Shown: positions 44,410 through 64,000 of the stretch, piece by piece
Layout: every line of letters starts with the position of its first letter
Position numbering within the stretch: the stretch's first letter is position 1
Assembly (NCBI RefSeq): GCF_009914755.1
Contig: NC_060936.1
Length of the DNA: 64,000 bases
Direction: 5' to 3' (one strand)
Origin: the human T2T-CHM13v2.0 reference genome, Homo sapiens
Program-made: the position numbers and the translations under genes
The notes under the pieces: model-generated
The model's input: the letters and a program-made list of their open reading frames with translations, nothing else
The model's database searches: none
Told to the model about the DNA's origin: nothing

Positions 44410-45844
44410 TAGGGCCAGCTTCTGAGCTGTGTGACGTCACAGCATACAGGGCTGGTTGGAATGATTGATCACAAATTCTGGAACTTTCTAGGATTGTGTC
44501 CCTCTCAGAATTCCATCAGGGGTGGCTGAGAGACCTTGGTTTGATTCTAGCTTTTACAGGAGAATTTGTTCTTTTCAGTCCACTCACTTCTGGTCTCTTA
44601 ATATTCTTAATAATTTCTAGTGCCCAGAAGGGTAGGGGTGGGGGACTCCCATTTCTGCTGTATTTTCTGGGCCTTGGACTGGAAGTTTAGAGATTCACTC
44701 CGGCTTAAAGATGTATGTTCAGGGAGTCACCTTGGCCCATAGTGGGGCTGAGCTGTCATCTTCCCCTTCCCCTACCTCGTCAGTGTCAAGTTAATACTTC
44801 CATGCATGAAGGAGCTGAATGGCCCTGGTAACCACGGAGGTTTCTCTCTGTACTTGCAATCTCTGATCACAGATATCAATGTAATAAGAGGTTGGCCATA
44901 AGAGGCCCTGATCCCTAGAGGGACTTCTACTTTACATTCTGCAAAAGAATAACACTAATGATAAAAAATAGAGTGATAATTTTGTGGCATGCACCATCTA
45001 AACCTTTTACGTATATGAAATCCTTTAACTCATCAACTTATGAGGTGGTTGCCCTTTCTATCATCCTCATTTTGGAGGTGTGGAAACAGGCACAGAGAGG
45101 GTAAATACATTGCCCAACCCACTCACCTAGGAAGGACCAGGGCCCAGCTTGGGGCCCAGACAGTCTGGCTGGAGTCCGTGTCCCCCCTCTATGCCACATC
45201 ATCTTGCTATGTGCTGTTTTCTGTCTTTGAGGAAAATGTATCAGCTGTGGCAGGTCTCCAAAACCCCAGAGTGATGCCATTTAAAAAAAAAAAAAGAAAG
45301 CCAACATCAAAGGCTTTTTGAAACTTTAAATCATATTCATGTATTCACCTCTTAAAGAATTCCAATAAATTACTCAGGCATGAGTCTTCCCTACCAAAGC
45401 AATGGGTGATGTTGCCTCAAGCTTTGAGTGATTGGTGAATCTGATTTTCATGATCCATCAGTTTGCAGATATGCATGAGATGTTTTCTGAGAGACAGCTG
45501 CAGTTTAGTGAAATGAGCACTAGCGACACACACAGGGCTTAAACCCCAGATGAACCACCCAACTAAGTGGGTGACCCTGCCCCAATTATTGAGTGCCTCT
45601 GAGTTCTGGCTTCTTCATCTGCAAGGTGTATCATTAGGGTTGTGTGGATAAAGTTACATCAAATAGGGGCCTAGCACAACTCTTGGCTAAATCTGAACCT
45701 TCTATGAGGCGAGGGATAGAAAACTGTACTGGAGACCCTTGGCTTGGCCTTTTGCTGCTCCATGTGACTTTGGGGACCCTCCCTAACCCCGACCCCTGAG
45801 GAGGGTAATAGAGACACACACAAGACCCAGGTTGGCTACATTAA

Positions 45845-45850
45845 TTTATT
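45845..45850 (-). terminator. KRT81 polyadenylation signal AATAAA
   Basis: TTTATT on the plus strand about 325 bp beyond the stop codon. Confidence 0.88.
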
Positions 45851-46173
45851 GAAACACAGATCAAGAGCAGAGGAGGAAGGGGAGAGGCAGGAAGGCAGTT
45901 GCCGTGGGCAAGGTTCTGGTCCTGGCCCTTCCTGCTCCTGAGGCCCCTTCCTATGGGTGCCAGCGGACTTCTTTCTAGGGTGGCCTTTCCCACTGTGGGG
46001 TGGCAGAGCCCAGAAGTGGGGGATCACACAGAGAAATGTGAGGCCAGGAGTGGGAGGGGTCTTTCAAAGTGGAGGAGAAGTAGCTGAGCACTTGCTCCAG
46101 GCGCCTGGACTGGATGGGCCAAGCAAGGCAGGGCAGGAAAGACGCCTGGGGCCTGGGACTTGAGTTGGGGTGC

Positions 46174-51463
<5,290 letters not shown>

Positions 51464-51480
51464 TCAGGGCACCGCAGCCC

Positions 51481-51676
51481 TATTTATGCGCAGATTCTGA
51501 AGGGGCTTGGCTGTGAAGATGATGTTGGGGCAATTTGCGCTTTATGGGCTTGGGTGGTTAGCCGGGTCTAAGGCCTCTCCAGAATGTGCTTTAATGGGGG
51601 AGTGGCCTGCACCCTCTTCTTTGTAAAAGATGTCAGTCTTGGGCTCTGGGGGAGTCAGCATGTTTCATCTTCAAAG
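51481..51676 (-). promoter_or_regulatory. KRT81 proximal promoter: TATA-like CATAAATA (51481-51488), CCCAAGCCCATAAAGC (51539-51554), LEF/TCF site CTTTGAAG (51669-51676)
   Basis: Motifs read directly; same order and similar spacing in the KRT86 promoter; LEF1 and HOXC13 are established hair-keratin regulators. Confidence 0.7.
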
Positions 51677-52409
51677 TGTCTTGTCAGCAGGGCATTCCTT
51701 CATCTGCAGGCATTGGGGAGGGAAGGGGAAGGCAGAGGAGAGGACGAGAAGGAGGAGTAGAGCCTGGCGAGGGGAAGAGAAGGGAGGCCAGGTGCTGGGA
51801 GAAACTGGGAGGAGGAGACCTGTGTGTTAAGTGTGATGTGGGGAGAGGGGTTTCAGGAAAGGCTGAGGCATTAATAAATACCATCTCTCATTTCCATCAC
51901 AGCTGTGGCTAAAGTGCTCCTGAAACACAAATCTGGATTTCCCCATCTCCAGATTTTTCAGTTGGCAGCTGAAAACCATCTCACTTTTCCTACCATGGGA
52001 ACAGTCAGCAGATTATTAAATATTTGTCTTTTATCTTTTTTATGATGAAAGCTTTCAAATATTGAGGAAAATTGGAATAATACAACACACATGCATTGAT
52101 GCTCCACCTGTTTACCCCGATTCAACAGTTAACATTATACCATATTTGCTTTCACAGTTGCCCAATTATTTGAGTGGCAGAAAGCATGGCATGTCACCCT
52201 TAAATACATCAGCAGGAATTTCTTAAGAATAAGGAGAGTACTATTTTCTTATTCAGGAAAATTAACAATAATTCCAAAGCACCACTTACTATTCATCTCA
52301 GATTCAATTTTCCTAACTGTCCTAAGGATTTTAAAACTACATTTTACATAATTTAATTTGTGGCTCTAGCCCTTGTATTTTCTATAAATTAGAAAGTAAA
52401 TCTTGAGCT

Positions 52410-52650
52410 GGGATGTCCAATTTGGTAGACAATAGGCAGATGTGGCTACTTAAATTTAAGTTAGTAAAAACTAAATAAGTTAAAAATCTAGTTATTCAGT
52501 TGCACTATCCACATTTTGAGTCCTCAGCAGCTACCTGTAAGTAGTGCCTACCTTATTAGACAGTGCATATAAAGAACACTTCTTTATTATTTATTTTTAT
52601 TTTATTTATTGTTTATTTTCACATAAAATTCTGTTGGACAGCACTGGGCT
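52410..52650. mobile_element. MER3/MER33-like hAT fossil
   Basis: TGTCCAAT...TGTGGCTACTTAAATTTAA...CAGTTGCACTA.CCACATTT...TTAGACAGTGCA...TTGGACAGCACTG. Confidence 0.55.
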
Positions 52651-52778
52651 AGAGGCTGGATTAGGTTTAAATTAAACATTGTTGGGACAGAATACTTCAT
52701 AAAATATGCTGTGTAACTCTTATTATATCACCCCAGGAAGCATAAAATGTCAGATTGGTGATGCTAAATTGAATCACA

Positions 52779-53020
52779 GCTGGGCGCAGTGGCTCATACC
52801 TGTAATCCCAGCACTTTGGGAGTCTGAGGGGGGTGGATCACCTGAGGTCAGGAGTTCAAGACCAGCCTCAGTGGAGGAGTTTAAGACCAGAGATGGTGAA
52901 ACCCCGTCTCTACTACAAATACAAAAATTAGCCCGTTATGGTGGCACGTGCCTGTATTCCCAGCTACATGGGAGGCTAAGGCAGGAGAATTGCTTGAACC
53001 CAGGAGATGGAGGTTGGATC
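52779..53020 (+). mobile_element. 3'-truncated Alu with a short internal duplication
   Basis: Alu start GCTGGGCGCAGTGGCTCA; AGGAGTT(C/T)AAGACCAG occurs twice (about 52850 and 52875); no A tail. Confidence 0.85.
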
Positions 53021-56000
53021 ACTTCAGTACATTTCCCCCTGTATTAGGAAAAACTGTATAGAGAATTAGAATTAGAAAGAACTGTGTAGAGAAACATGGA
53101 TCTTAGTTTGATAAGAATATGTTTCTTTTTAATTGGTCACCTACTATGTGATCATCATTATATATCGTAAATGATCTCTAATTCTCACATCAATCATATG
53201 AAGTATGTACCATTATCCCCATTTTACTGATGAGGAAACCAAGGGTCAGGGAGGTTAAATAACTTGCCCGAAGTCTCCCAGCTGGTAAGTGATGGAGCCA
53301 GGAGTTGCATTGCCTTCTCACTTATAAGCTGTGACAACCCCTTGACTTCCTAATCTTTGGATAAGTTCAAGAGGGTAGTGAAAGTTGTTTACAGGGGAGT
53401 ATCTGTGAATTTAGGGTGTGAGAGAGTCCATCTAAGGAAGACGGGCAGAGTCAGAGTGGATTGGGATGGTTAGAACCATGAGGGGTCATTTAGGGACACA
53501 CGGCGATGTGAGGCTACTTGGGGGCTGGGAAGGAGTATGAGTTAGATGTGCAGCACCCCGTGGCTAAGAATTGAAGGACGGGGTGGAAAACATCAGTTTT
53601 AGTTATTTGCATACCTCTGGTATATGGCAATACTTTGATAGACTGTACTATGTTCTACTTACCCAGTGAACCACCCCCCACTCCAATAGAGCAGGTCCTA
53701 GAAAAATTAGCTCGTAAAGTACAGAGGTTTGCATTAAATTGAGGAGAAGAAAAGAGAAGTGAAATGGCCTGGCTTATAGCCCCCTGGAGCTGCTATGCTT
53801 CAAGGGCAAAGGCAGGCAGAGTAGACTTAGGGAATGAGAACAGAAGCAGGATTGATGGGAAAAGAGAGGAGAGGAAAAAAATAGAAGAGAATAGGGCTCT
53901 CAGGGTATCTGTGCAAAACATTCAGAGTGTGGCCTTGTGCAGGACAAATGTGGGAGGTCACAGACTGTGTTGAGCTATCTGGTCACCCCAGAGAAGAGTA
54001 TGGCACCTGCTGTCCCTTTGTGAGTTCAGGGCTGCTGGGCCAGCACTTCTGAAGCTCTTTGTACCCTCATCTGGAATTTGGGGCACTGCTCACAATTGAG
54101 CAGTGATGTCCCCAGTAAACCAGCGGTTGGGTGTCCTGAGGAGCACTGTGAGTCAAAGTACATCTCATCCACACTTCACCTTTTCTACCAGTATAACTCC
54201 TTATAAAAACAACATGTATAAACACAAGCTAATTACTAATGGCTGGTCCTTACTAAGCAATTTTAAAGATGTAAGAATATGAAAAATTCAAATGTGACAC
54301 CATTTCATTAAACTTCAGGAATTAATTGCTGCTAATTTTTGAAGACCTAAAAGGACATTCAACTTGTTTTCTTCAGAGTGAAAAAACCTTGTCATGGGGA
54401 AGGGAGGAGGGGAGGGAAGGTGGCAGGGAGGAGGGGAGGGAAGATGGCAGAATCTCCACTCTATGGTCTTGGCTCTGGCAAGGTAAAGAGGATAGATTTT
54501 AACTTTGTGGAGATAACAATTATTTTTATTGTGAAATATTTCAACACAAAAAATGCATAGGTGGTTAGATCTGTAGCAATACCTACCACTTATAGGAAAA
54601 AATAGAACATGTGTGTATTTCAGGAGCTTCCTATGTACCTTGTTCTGATTGTACCCTACTCCTTCCTGGCCTAGGGTGACTCCTCTCTTGCATTTTGTGT
54701 TTAATTATTCCTTTGCTTTTCTTACAGTTTTAGAACCAATGCACCCATCTTGCAATGACATATTGTTTCTTTTTCCAGCTTTTGAACTTCACATAAATGG
54801 ACTCATGTTGCATGGATCCTTGTGCATCTGGTTTCTTTCATTAAATGTTGCTTCCTGTAGCTGTCCTGTGTTCATTTTCACTGTGGATTGCACTCATTGC
54901 ATGGCTATACCACAGTTTATTTGCCTTTCTACCTCGATAGCCACAAGGTTGTTTCCAGAGTTCTGTAGATTGAACAGAGCTGCTATGAACATCCTTTCTC
55001 ATGTCTTCTGGTGCATTTATGCAAGAGTTTTTCTGGGGTATGTGGCTATTTTTTTTAAAGTTATGTCAGTAGTAGATGTTTCATGTAGAAAGCTATTTTA
55101 TGACTATTCTTCCAAACTTAATAATAAAATCTTTTGATGTTCATCTTATACCACACTAGATACTATTTTAAGAGTCCAACATGCATTAACTCATTTAATT
55201 TTTACAGTTGCCCTCTGAGGTTGGTGTTATTATTCTCGTTTTATAGATGAGGACACTGAGGTCTAGGGAGGTTAAGGCTCAGGTTGCATGTTAGTAGCAG
55301 AACTGGCACCCAGAGCCTGTGTGTCTGATCCCAAAGGAAGGGATGCGTTTGTCCCATTGCACTCCCTTCTGTACACCATCGGCCATCAGTAATAAGTATC
55401 ACACAGTAGCTGGTGTTTGTACATAACATAAAAACACAAACACTCATCTTGCCCCATGCCCTCTGCAGGGCCCTGCAGGTTGCTCTCAGGGTTCAGGGCC
55501 AGAGAGTATAGGAGAGCTCACCCTTGTTCTTGGCAAGCTTCCAGTATTAAGAGAAAAGCAGAGACACATACCCAGATAATGAACAAAAATGGAAACCCTG
55601 CAGCACATCAGTGTGTACAAATGTTTTCTTCGTGGATATATTCCAAGGGCTTGTCACATAGTAGGTGCTCAATAAATATTTTTTGAATGAATGAAAAGAA
55701 TACCAGCTGCATATTAAGTGCTGAGTAATGGAGCCATCAAAGCTTGGTGGTTTATTGTGCAAAGCTTTGTGGTAGGATAGGGTGGGGACACATGAAGCAG
55801 ATGATGTGGCTATTCCTGGGGGTGGGGGTGGAGAGGGGTGACCTTCCTTGCTGGGGCCTGAAGGATGAATGAAGTGAGTGAGATGTGTCCTTCAACCAAG
55901 CAAAGTCCTTGGCTTGGGCTATAAGGGGGTGGTGGGGAAAGTCAGCCAATGAGAACAAGGATCTTGAAGGCCTTGGGGCAGAGTAGAGACCAGGTGTCGG

Positions 56001-58417
56001 ATTGGAGAAGGAAAGAGAGAAGCAAATCAGAGGAGATTTCTAGGAAAAGAGGGAGAAAGAAATACTTGGTCTTAGACTATTATTCTCAGGGTGACTTAGA
56101 AGAAGAGAAGGAGAGTGCTGCATGGGTGGAGAAGAAAATGAGGGAGAGATCTTAGGAGATAGTCAGGAAGAGGAGGAAACTGGAGGACAGTGGAGGAAAA
56201 ATGGGAGAAGATCTGGGAAGTATGGTGGAAGGGTCACTCCAGGGATGAAAGAGCAGAGGAGGAGGAGGTGGATGGGGGAAGCAGCACAGCACCAAGGGAA
56301 AGTGTGTGTAGGCCCACTGGAAGAGGTGGGCACTGTAGTTCCAGATTTATAGTAATGAACCCTCACAGGGCAGGGACATGGGGCGAGGGAGGTGCAGGCA
56401 CCCAGCTGGTTAGTGGGATGAATGTTACCAGGGTGGAGCTTTTGAGTCAGGCTCCAGCCCCACCCAGGCATCTTACAGGGGCCTTCTGGCCCTTTGTCCA
56501 GTGGGACTCCTCTCTGGTGAGTTCTGATGGATAATTGGCCAGCGTCCTGGGCTCTCTTGGCTGAGAAGGCAGGGCTCTGACTTGGGCTCTCCCCAATCAC
56601 CCACCCAACTGGCCTGAGGTCAATTCCATTATCAACATCTCAACATCCCAGGTGTTGTGTAAGCAGCCACTCCACTACCTCTCAACTTCCTTCACTGGAC
56701 CCTGGCCTGCACCTGCTTTCTATGAGTAGAAAGCATGAGCCAGCTGCAAGGTTAGTAAGGGCATGGCCCTCTGGAGACCTGTAAGCCCAGCATGCAGATG
56801 CTCCAGATGTAGAGCCTACAGGCTGCCTTCCAGCCCACAGCTGTGTAGCAGAGTCTCAGGGACGACACTGTCCCTGCTTATGAGGGCTGTGCCTCAACCG
56901 GCATTCTCCCTCTCTCTCCGCTGTCACAGTATCTCATGATCCTCTCCACTCCTGCAAGGGCCCACAGGATCACCTGTTGTCCACCCACTAGCCCTGTCTC
57001 ATTGTCTGTCACTGTGTGAAATGCTTCCATGCACATCTTCTCATCAACACTGTCCTGCCCGCCTTTTGCCTAAAGCTTGTCCTCACCCTTTCCAGGGAGC
57101 CTTTCTTGCCTTTCCCATCAGACTAGCTGCAATTGCACATTGTCCCAGAAAGGACACTGTCAGCAGTCATTGCATGCCTCAGTATCTGACAGTATGTATG
57201 AAAAGTAGCCCTCTTTAGACTTCTGGCCTTTCTCATGAATTCGGATATGCTCTACCAGACTGGGAGCTCCAGAACCCATGTTTCCTTCCTCCTCTTAATG
57301 CCTCCTTCCCTCCAAAATTAAGACAGGATTGAGCATAGAGCTAGGAAATATCAGTCACAAAATCCCCGAGTCCCCCATCTGGAAAATGTTGTCTAGTCTA
57401 AGCGATCAACTATCTTGAGGAGTCTGCCTTATAATACCCTCCAGGGAGCAGAATGAACCGAACGGAGCACTGAACAAGAACTTTCTAATGTTAAAACCAC
57501 CTAATTTGCCCATTCTTTACAAGTGCCCCTTGAAATAAAGGTCCACTTGGGCTAAAAGAAGAGATTCTGATCTCCAGATCTGAAGGTCTTTTGGTTCACC
57601 TTGTCTCCACAAAAATGGTGGCCACTGCAGAATAAGAAGTGTCTTTCTTTTACTTAAAGCCTCCCTAAATGGAAGAGATAATGCAAGCTCCTTTAGAAAG
57701 TAATGACTACTTGTCTTCTGGCAAGTTCTTCCTCAACTCCAACTTCCATTTGTCCATCTGCAATGAAAGCTTGCCTTCTCTTGCTCTCATTGGAGCACCA
57801 TTATACTTGGATGAATTATCAAGTCCATATCCCCCATCCTCAACCTCATGAAATCCTCTGGCTACTGACCAATCAGGAGGTTTTAGGATCAGGCAAAAAT
57901 AAAGATGAGTGAGTGTGCCATCATTTAATTTATGACTGAGGATTTCTGATGGTCTGTTAAGTCCAAATAATAAATACACACTTATGAATTATTCACAGAT
58001 TACAGAATTTTTAGATTATCCAAGCCTCTCTTCTCATCCAGTAGTATGGTTACCCAAGGATTGGTGGTGTGTTCCTTTGCCAAAGAGAAGAGATTCTCTT
58101 TGGACCTTCTCTGAGGCAATCAGGCTGGAGCAGAGATTGAAGGAGGGGCATGTGTTTTGGGGTTCTTTTCGAGGACAAATGGAGTAACCATGGCCAAACT
58201 TCTCAGATCCTCTGCCCCTTGGACTGGCTCCCACTGTAGAATATAGTAGATAACATTTATTGAGCATTTTCTATGTGCCAGCTGCTGTTAAACATTGTCC
58301 ATGCATTATTTCATTTAATCCTTCTACAAGTTCTTTAAGATAAGGCGGTTAATGAAAACTGGACACAGATGGCTTAGGCATGTGGATGAGTATATCCCAT
58401 CAATGCTGTTGATACGT

Positions 58418-58454
58418 CTGCAGCAGCAGCATCAGCAGCAACAACAACAACAAC
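58418..58454 (+). repeat. Compound (CAG)n(CAA)n low-complexity repeat next to a MIR
   Basis: CTGCAGCAGCAGCATCAGCAGCAACAACAACAACAAC. Confidence 0.75.
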
Positions 58455-58704
58455 TAATATGATTACACACTTAGAGTGTGCCAGGCTTAGTTCTCAGTGA
58501 TTTACATGGATTAACTCTTTTAATCTTTACAACTTTATGAGGTGGGTACTATTATTATCTTCATTTTAGAAATCATGAAATGAGGTACATAGAGGCTAAG
58601 TAATTGCCTGAGTTTACACAGCTAGAGAGTGGCAGAGCTAGAATTCGAAACGAGGCAGTTTGGAATCTGAGTCTGTGTGCTTAACTAATATGCCATGTAT
58701 TCAA

Positions 58705-60060
58705 ACTTTTTATTTATTTATTTATTTATTTTTATGTTTTCTTTTTATGGGTACATAATAGTTATACATGTTTATGGGCTACATAAGATATTTTGAGATA
58801 AGCATAAAGTGTGTACTGATCAAATCAGAGTACTTGGAATATCCATCACCTCAAACATTTATTATTTCTTTGTGTTGGGATCATTCCAAGCCTACTCCTT
58901 TAGTTATTTTGAAATACACAATAAATGATTAACTATAGTCATTCTATTGTGCTACTGAACACTAGATCTCATTTCTGTTATCTAACTGTATTTTTGTACT
59001 CATTAACACGTCTTTATCTTCCCCTCCCCATTACCCTTCCCAGCCTCTGGTAACCATCATTCTACTCTCTATCTGATGAGATCAATTTTTTTAGCTCTCG
59101 CATATGTGTAAGAACATCTGAAATTTGTCTTTCTGTACCTCAATTATTTTCCCTAACATAATGTCCTCCAGTTCCATCCATGTTGTTGCAAATGACAGGA
59201 TTTCATTCCTTTTTATGGCTGAATAATATTCCATTGTGTATCTGTAACATACTTTCTTTATTCATCCATTGATGGACACTTAGTTTGATTCCAAATCTTG
59301 GCTATTGTGAATAGCGCTGCAATAAACGTGGGAGTGCAGACATCTCTTTGATATAAGAATTTTCTTTCTTTTGGATGTATACCTAGTAGTGGGATTGCTG
59401 GATCACCTGGTGGTTCTATTTTTAGCTTTTGGAGGACACTCCATACTGTTTTCCATAGTGGCTGTAGTAATTTACATCCCACTAGCAGTGTACAAGTGTT
59501 CCCCTTTCTCCACATCCTTGCCAGCATCCATAATTTTTTTGTCTTTTTGATAAAAGTCATTTTAATTGGGTTGAGATGATAATCTTATTGTGGTATTGAT
59601 TTGTATTTCTTTGATGATATGTTGAGCATTTTCAATATACCTGTTGGTCATGTATATGTCTTCTTTTGAGAAATGTCTATTCAGATCTTTTGCCCATTTT
59701 AAAATCAGATTATTTGGTTTACTTGCTATTGAGTTGTTTGAGTTCCTTATATATTGCAGCTACGAATTCCTTGTCAGTTGAATAGTTTGCAAATATTTCT
59801 TCCATTCTGTAGGTCATTTCTTCAACTTGTTGATTGTTTCCTTTGGTGTGCAGAAGTTCTTTTAGCTCGATGTGATCCCATTTGCCCATTTTTTGCTTTG
59901 GTTGCCTTTGGTTTTGAGGTCTCAATCAAGAAATCTTTGTCCAGGTCAATGCCCTAAGCATTTCCTCAATGTTTTCTTCTAGTAGTTTCATAGTCTGAGG
60001 TCTTATATTTAAGTCTTTAATCCATTTTAATTTGGTTTTTGTATACAGTGAGAAATAGAT
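58705..60060 (-). mobile_element. L1 3' fragment (L1MA/L1PB-type): ORF2 C-terminus and 3' UTR
   Basis: Minus-strand translation QPLWKTVWSVLQKLKIEPPGDPAIPLLGIHPKE...CTPTFIAALFTIAKIWNQTKCPS; T-rich tail at 58705. Confidence 0.9.
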
Positions 60061-61004
60061 ATTTCAACTTTTCTGCTGCAACTATAATAAGAAATAATTT
60101 TACATGGTGACTGAGTATGCACATACATATACATATGCCATACAACTGAAACAAAAAGGGCATGTAACAAGTTATTCCCATGACATAAGGTGCAATCTGC
60201 TATTTTCTGGTCTATTCTACTCTATTTGATTTTCTCATAATCAATTTCATTAAAATAAAATTCTGGTTGGTTCAATTAGTGGGTCAGAACATGAATTCTG
60301 AATAAACACTGCCCCTGAGCCCACCGCTTCCTAATGATTGTAATGAAGCCCATCTGCTCTGTGCTCTGGAGTCCACTGAGCATGTACACATTTCTGTAAC
60401 TCTAAGGCAGTAGTAGGAGGGAAAGCCTTAACCTATTTCCCAGGAGAGTCAAGTGCCTTCCCCTAGATCACACAGGGGTACTCAGGGCAGAGCCTTGGTT
60501 CCTACCCAGCCTTTGTGAGTTTAAGACCCACACTATTCACACTGGATGGATGGCACATACAAATATAGATCTGTTCTCTGGCACCTGCCAAGGGTACTGA
60601 CAAACTTCTGTGCAGGAGTTTCAAGGAGTATAGTGCAGAAAGCAGCAGGGACTCAGGGGATGATGGCAGGGGCTGGATGCTCTCCTCATGTGGCTCTATT
60701 TGATCTCATATTCTGAGCCAGATACTGTATAGATGCATAACAGTGGTGCTCATCCCAGACCTTCTAGGCCCTGGAGGTTACACAGAGGCCTGAGAGGACA
60801 TCCAGACATTCAATCCTTGTCTAGGGCCTTGTGGGAGGTAATTGTGCTTTCCTGGGGCCAGTGGGCTAGTGTGTGCTCCTGAGGCCGCATGGGACACTCT
60901 GAGGGAGGGAATGCCTCCTCTCAGCCGAGGCTGGCCAATATGACCTAATAAGGTGGCCTGAGGACTAGTCTACATGCTAGTTGAATGTGCAGGTGAGGAC
61001 CTGT

Positions 61005-61188
61005 GAGTGTGTGTGTGTGTGTGAGATGGTGGGTAGAAAGGCCAGCATGTGAAAGCATTGTGTGTGTGAGTGTGTATGTGAAAGAGAGAGGGGGGGTTGT
61101 GAGTAGGAAGGCCAGCATGTGAGTGCATTGTGTGTGAGTTTGTGTGTGTATGTGTGTGTGCACCAGAGAGTGGGAGAGAGAGAGAGAA
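61005..61188 (+). repeat. Interrupted (GT)n/(GA)n microsatellite cluster upstream of KRT86
   Basis: Several TG runs, a GA run, and a repeated AAGGCCAGCATGTGA unit. Confidence 0.75.
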
Positions 61189-61479
61189 AAAAACATGTTG
61201 ATAGGTATAGATAAGGGATTTGGGAGTAGGTGTGGAGGAACTGGGTCCCTGAGAAGGTGACTAAGTTAGAGATTCTGTAAACGTGGGTCTTTTGGGGTGC
61301 AGAAACAGGTCATCTAGTTCGGAGAAACCACCAAGCGCCCCCCAAGTTCCACATCAAGGGATTCCCCCTCCCAACATTCCTGGCTAGTCCTATGAGCACC
61401 GCGGACAGCGGCATTGACCATGTCAAACCCCGCAGGACAGAAAGAGCAGCAGCCCCGCCCCTTCCCTTCCATTCCAACC

Positions 61480-64000
<2,521 letters not shown>

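Noticed and set aside
55940-56300. Purine-rich stretch with Glu/Lys/Arg-rich ORFs, considered as a processed pseudogene
   Set aside because: Short ORFs in shifting frames, no polyA or TSD, no recognisable protein; likely low-complexity or old repeat

Overview
Human (primate) genomic DNA from the type II keratin cluster (12q13.13 by gene content), not a prokaryotic window. In order: the 3' half of KRT7 (+, exons 5-9), the almost intact hair-keratin pseudogene KRT87P (-), the degraded pseudogene KRT88P (+, exons 2-4 replaced by ERV-derived DNA), an orphan 3'-half keratin remnant (+, exons 6-9 with its own ATG-ending candidate first exon and polyA signal), the complete KRT81 gene (-) and the first two exons of KRT86 (+), among Alu, L1, L2/MIR, LTR and DNA-transposon fossils. 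Exon boundaries were read by eye and match the canonical type II exon sizes (209/61/96/165/126/221/32-35). Most notable: this haplotype carries an in-frame TAA in KRT81 exon 5 (p.Tyr282Ter); KRT81 and KRT86 form a near-perfect inverted repeat of more than 2 kb and both carry Pro139; the orphan half-keratin keeps one pristine exon that can splice to an acceptor 4 nt before the KRT86 ATG, which would create a 199-aa overlapping out-of-frame ORF; and KRT88P shows two templated-insertion scars. I found no evidence for a wholly new biological system. Gene names and repeat subfamilies come from recognition and memory, not from database searches.
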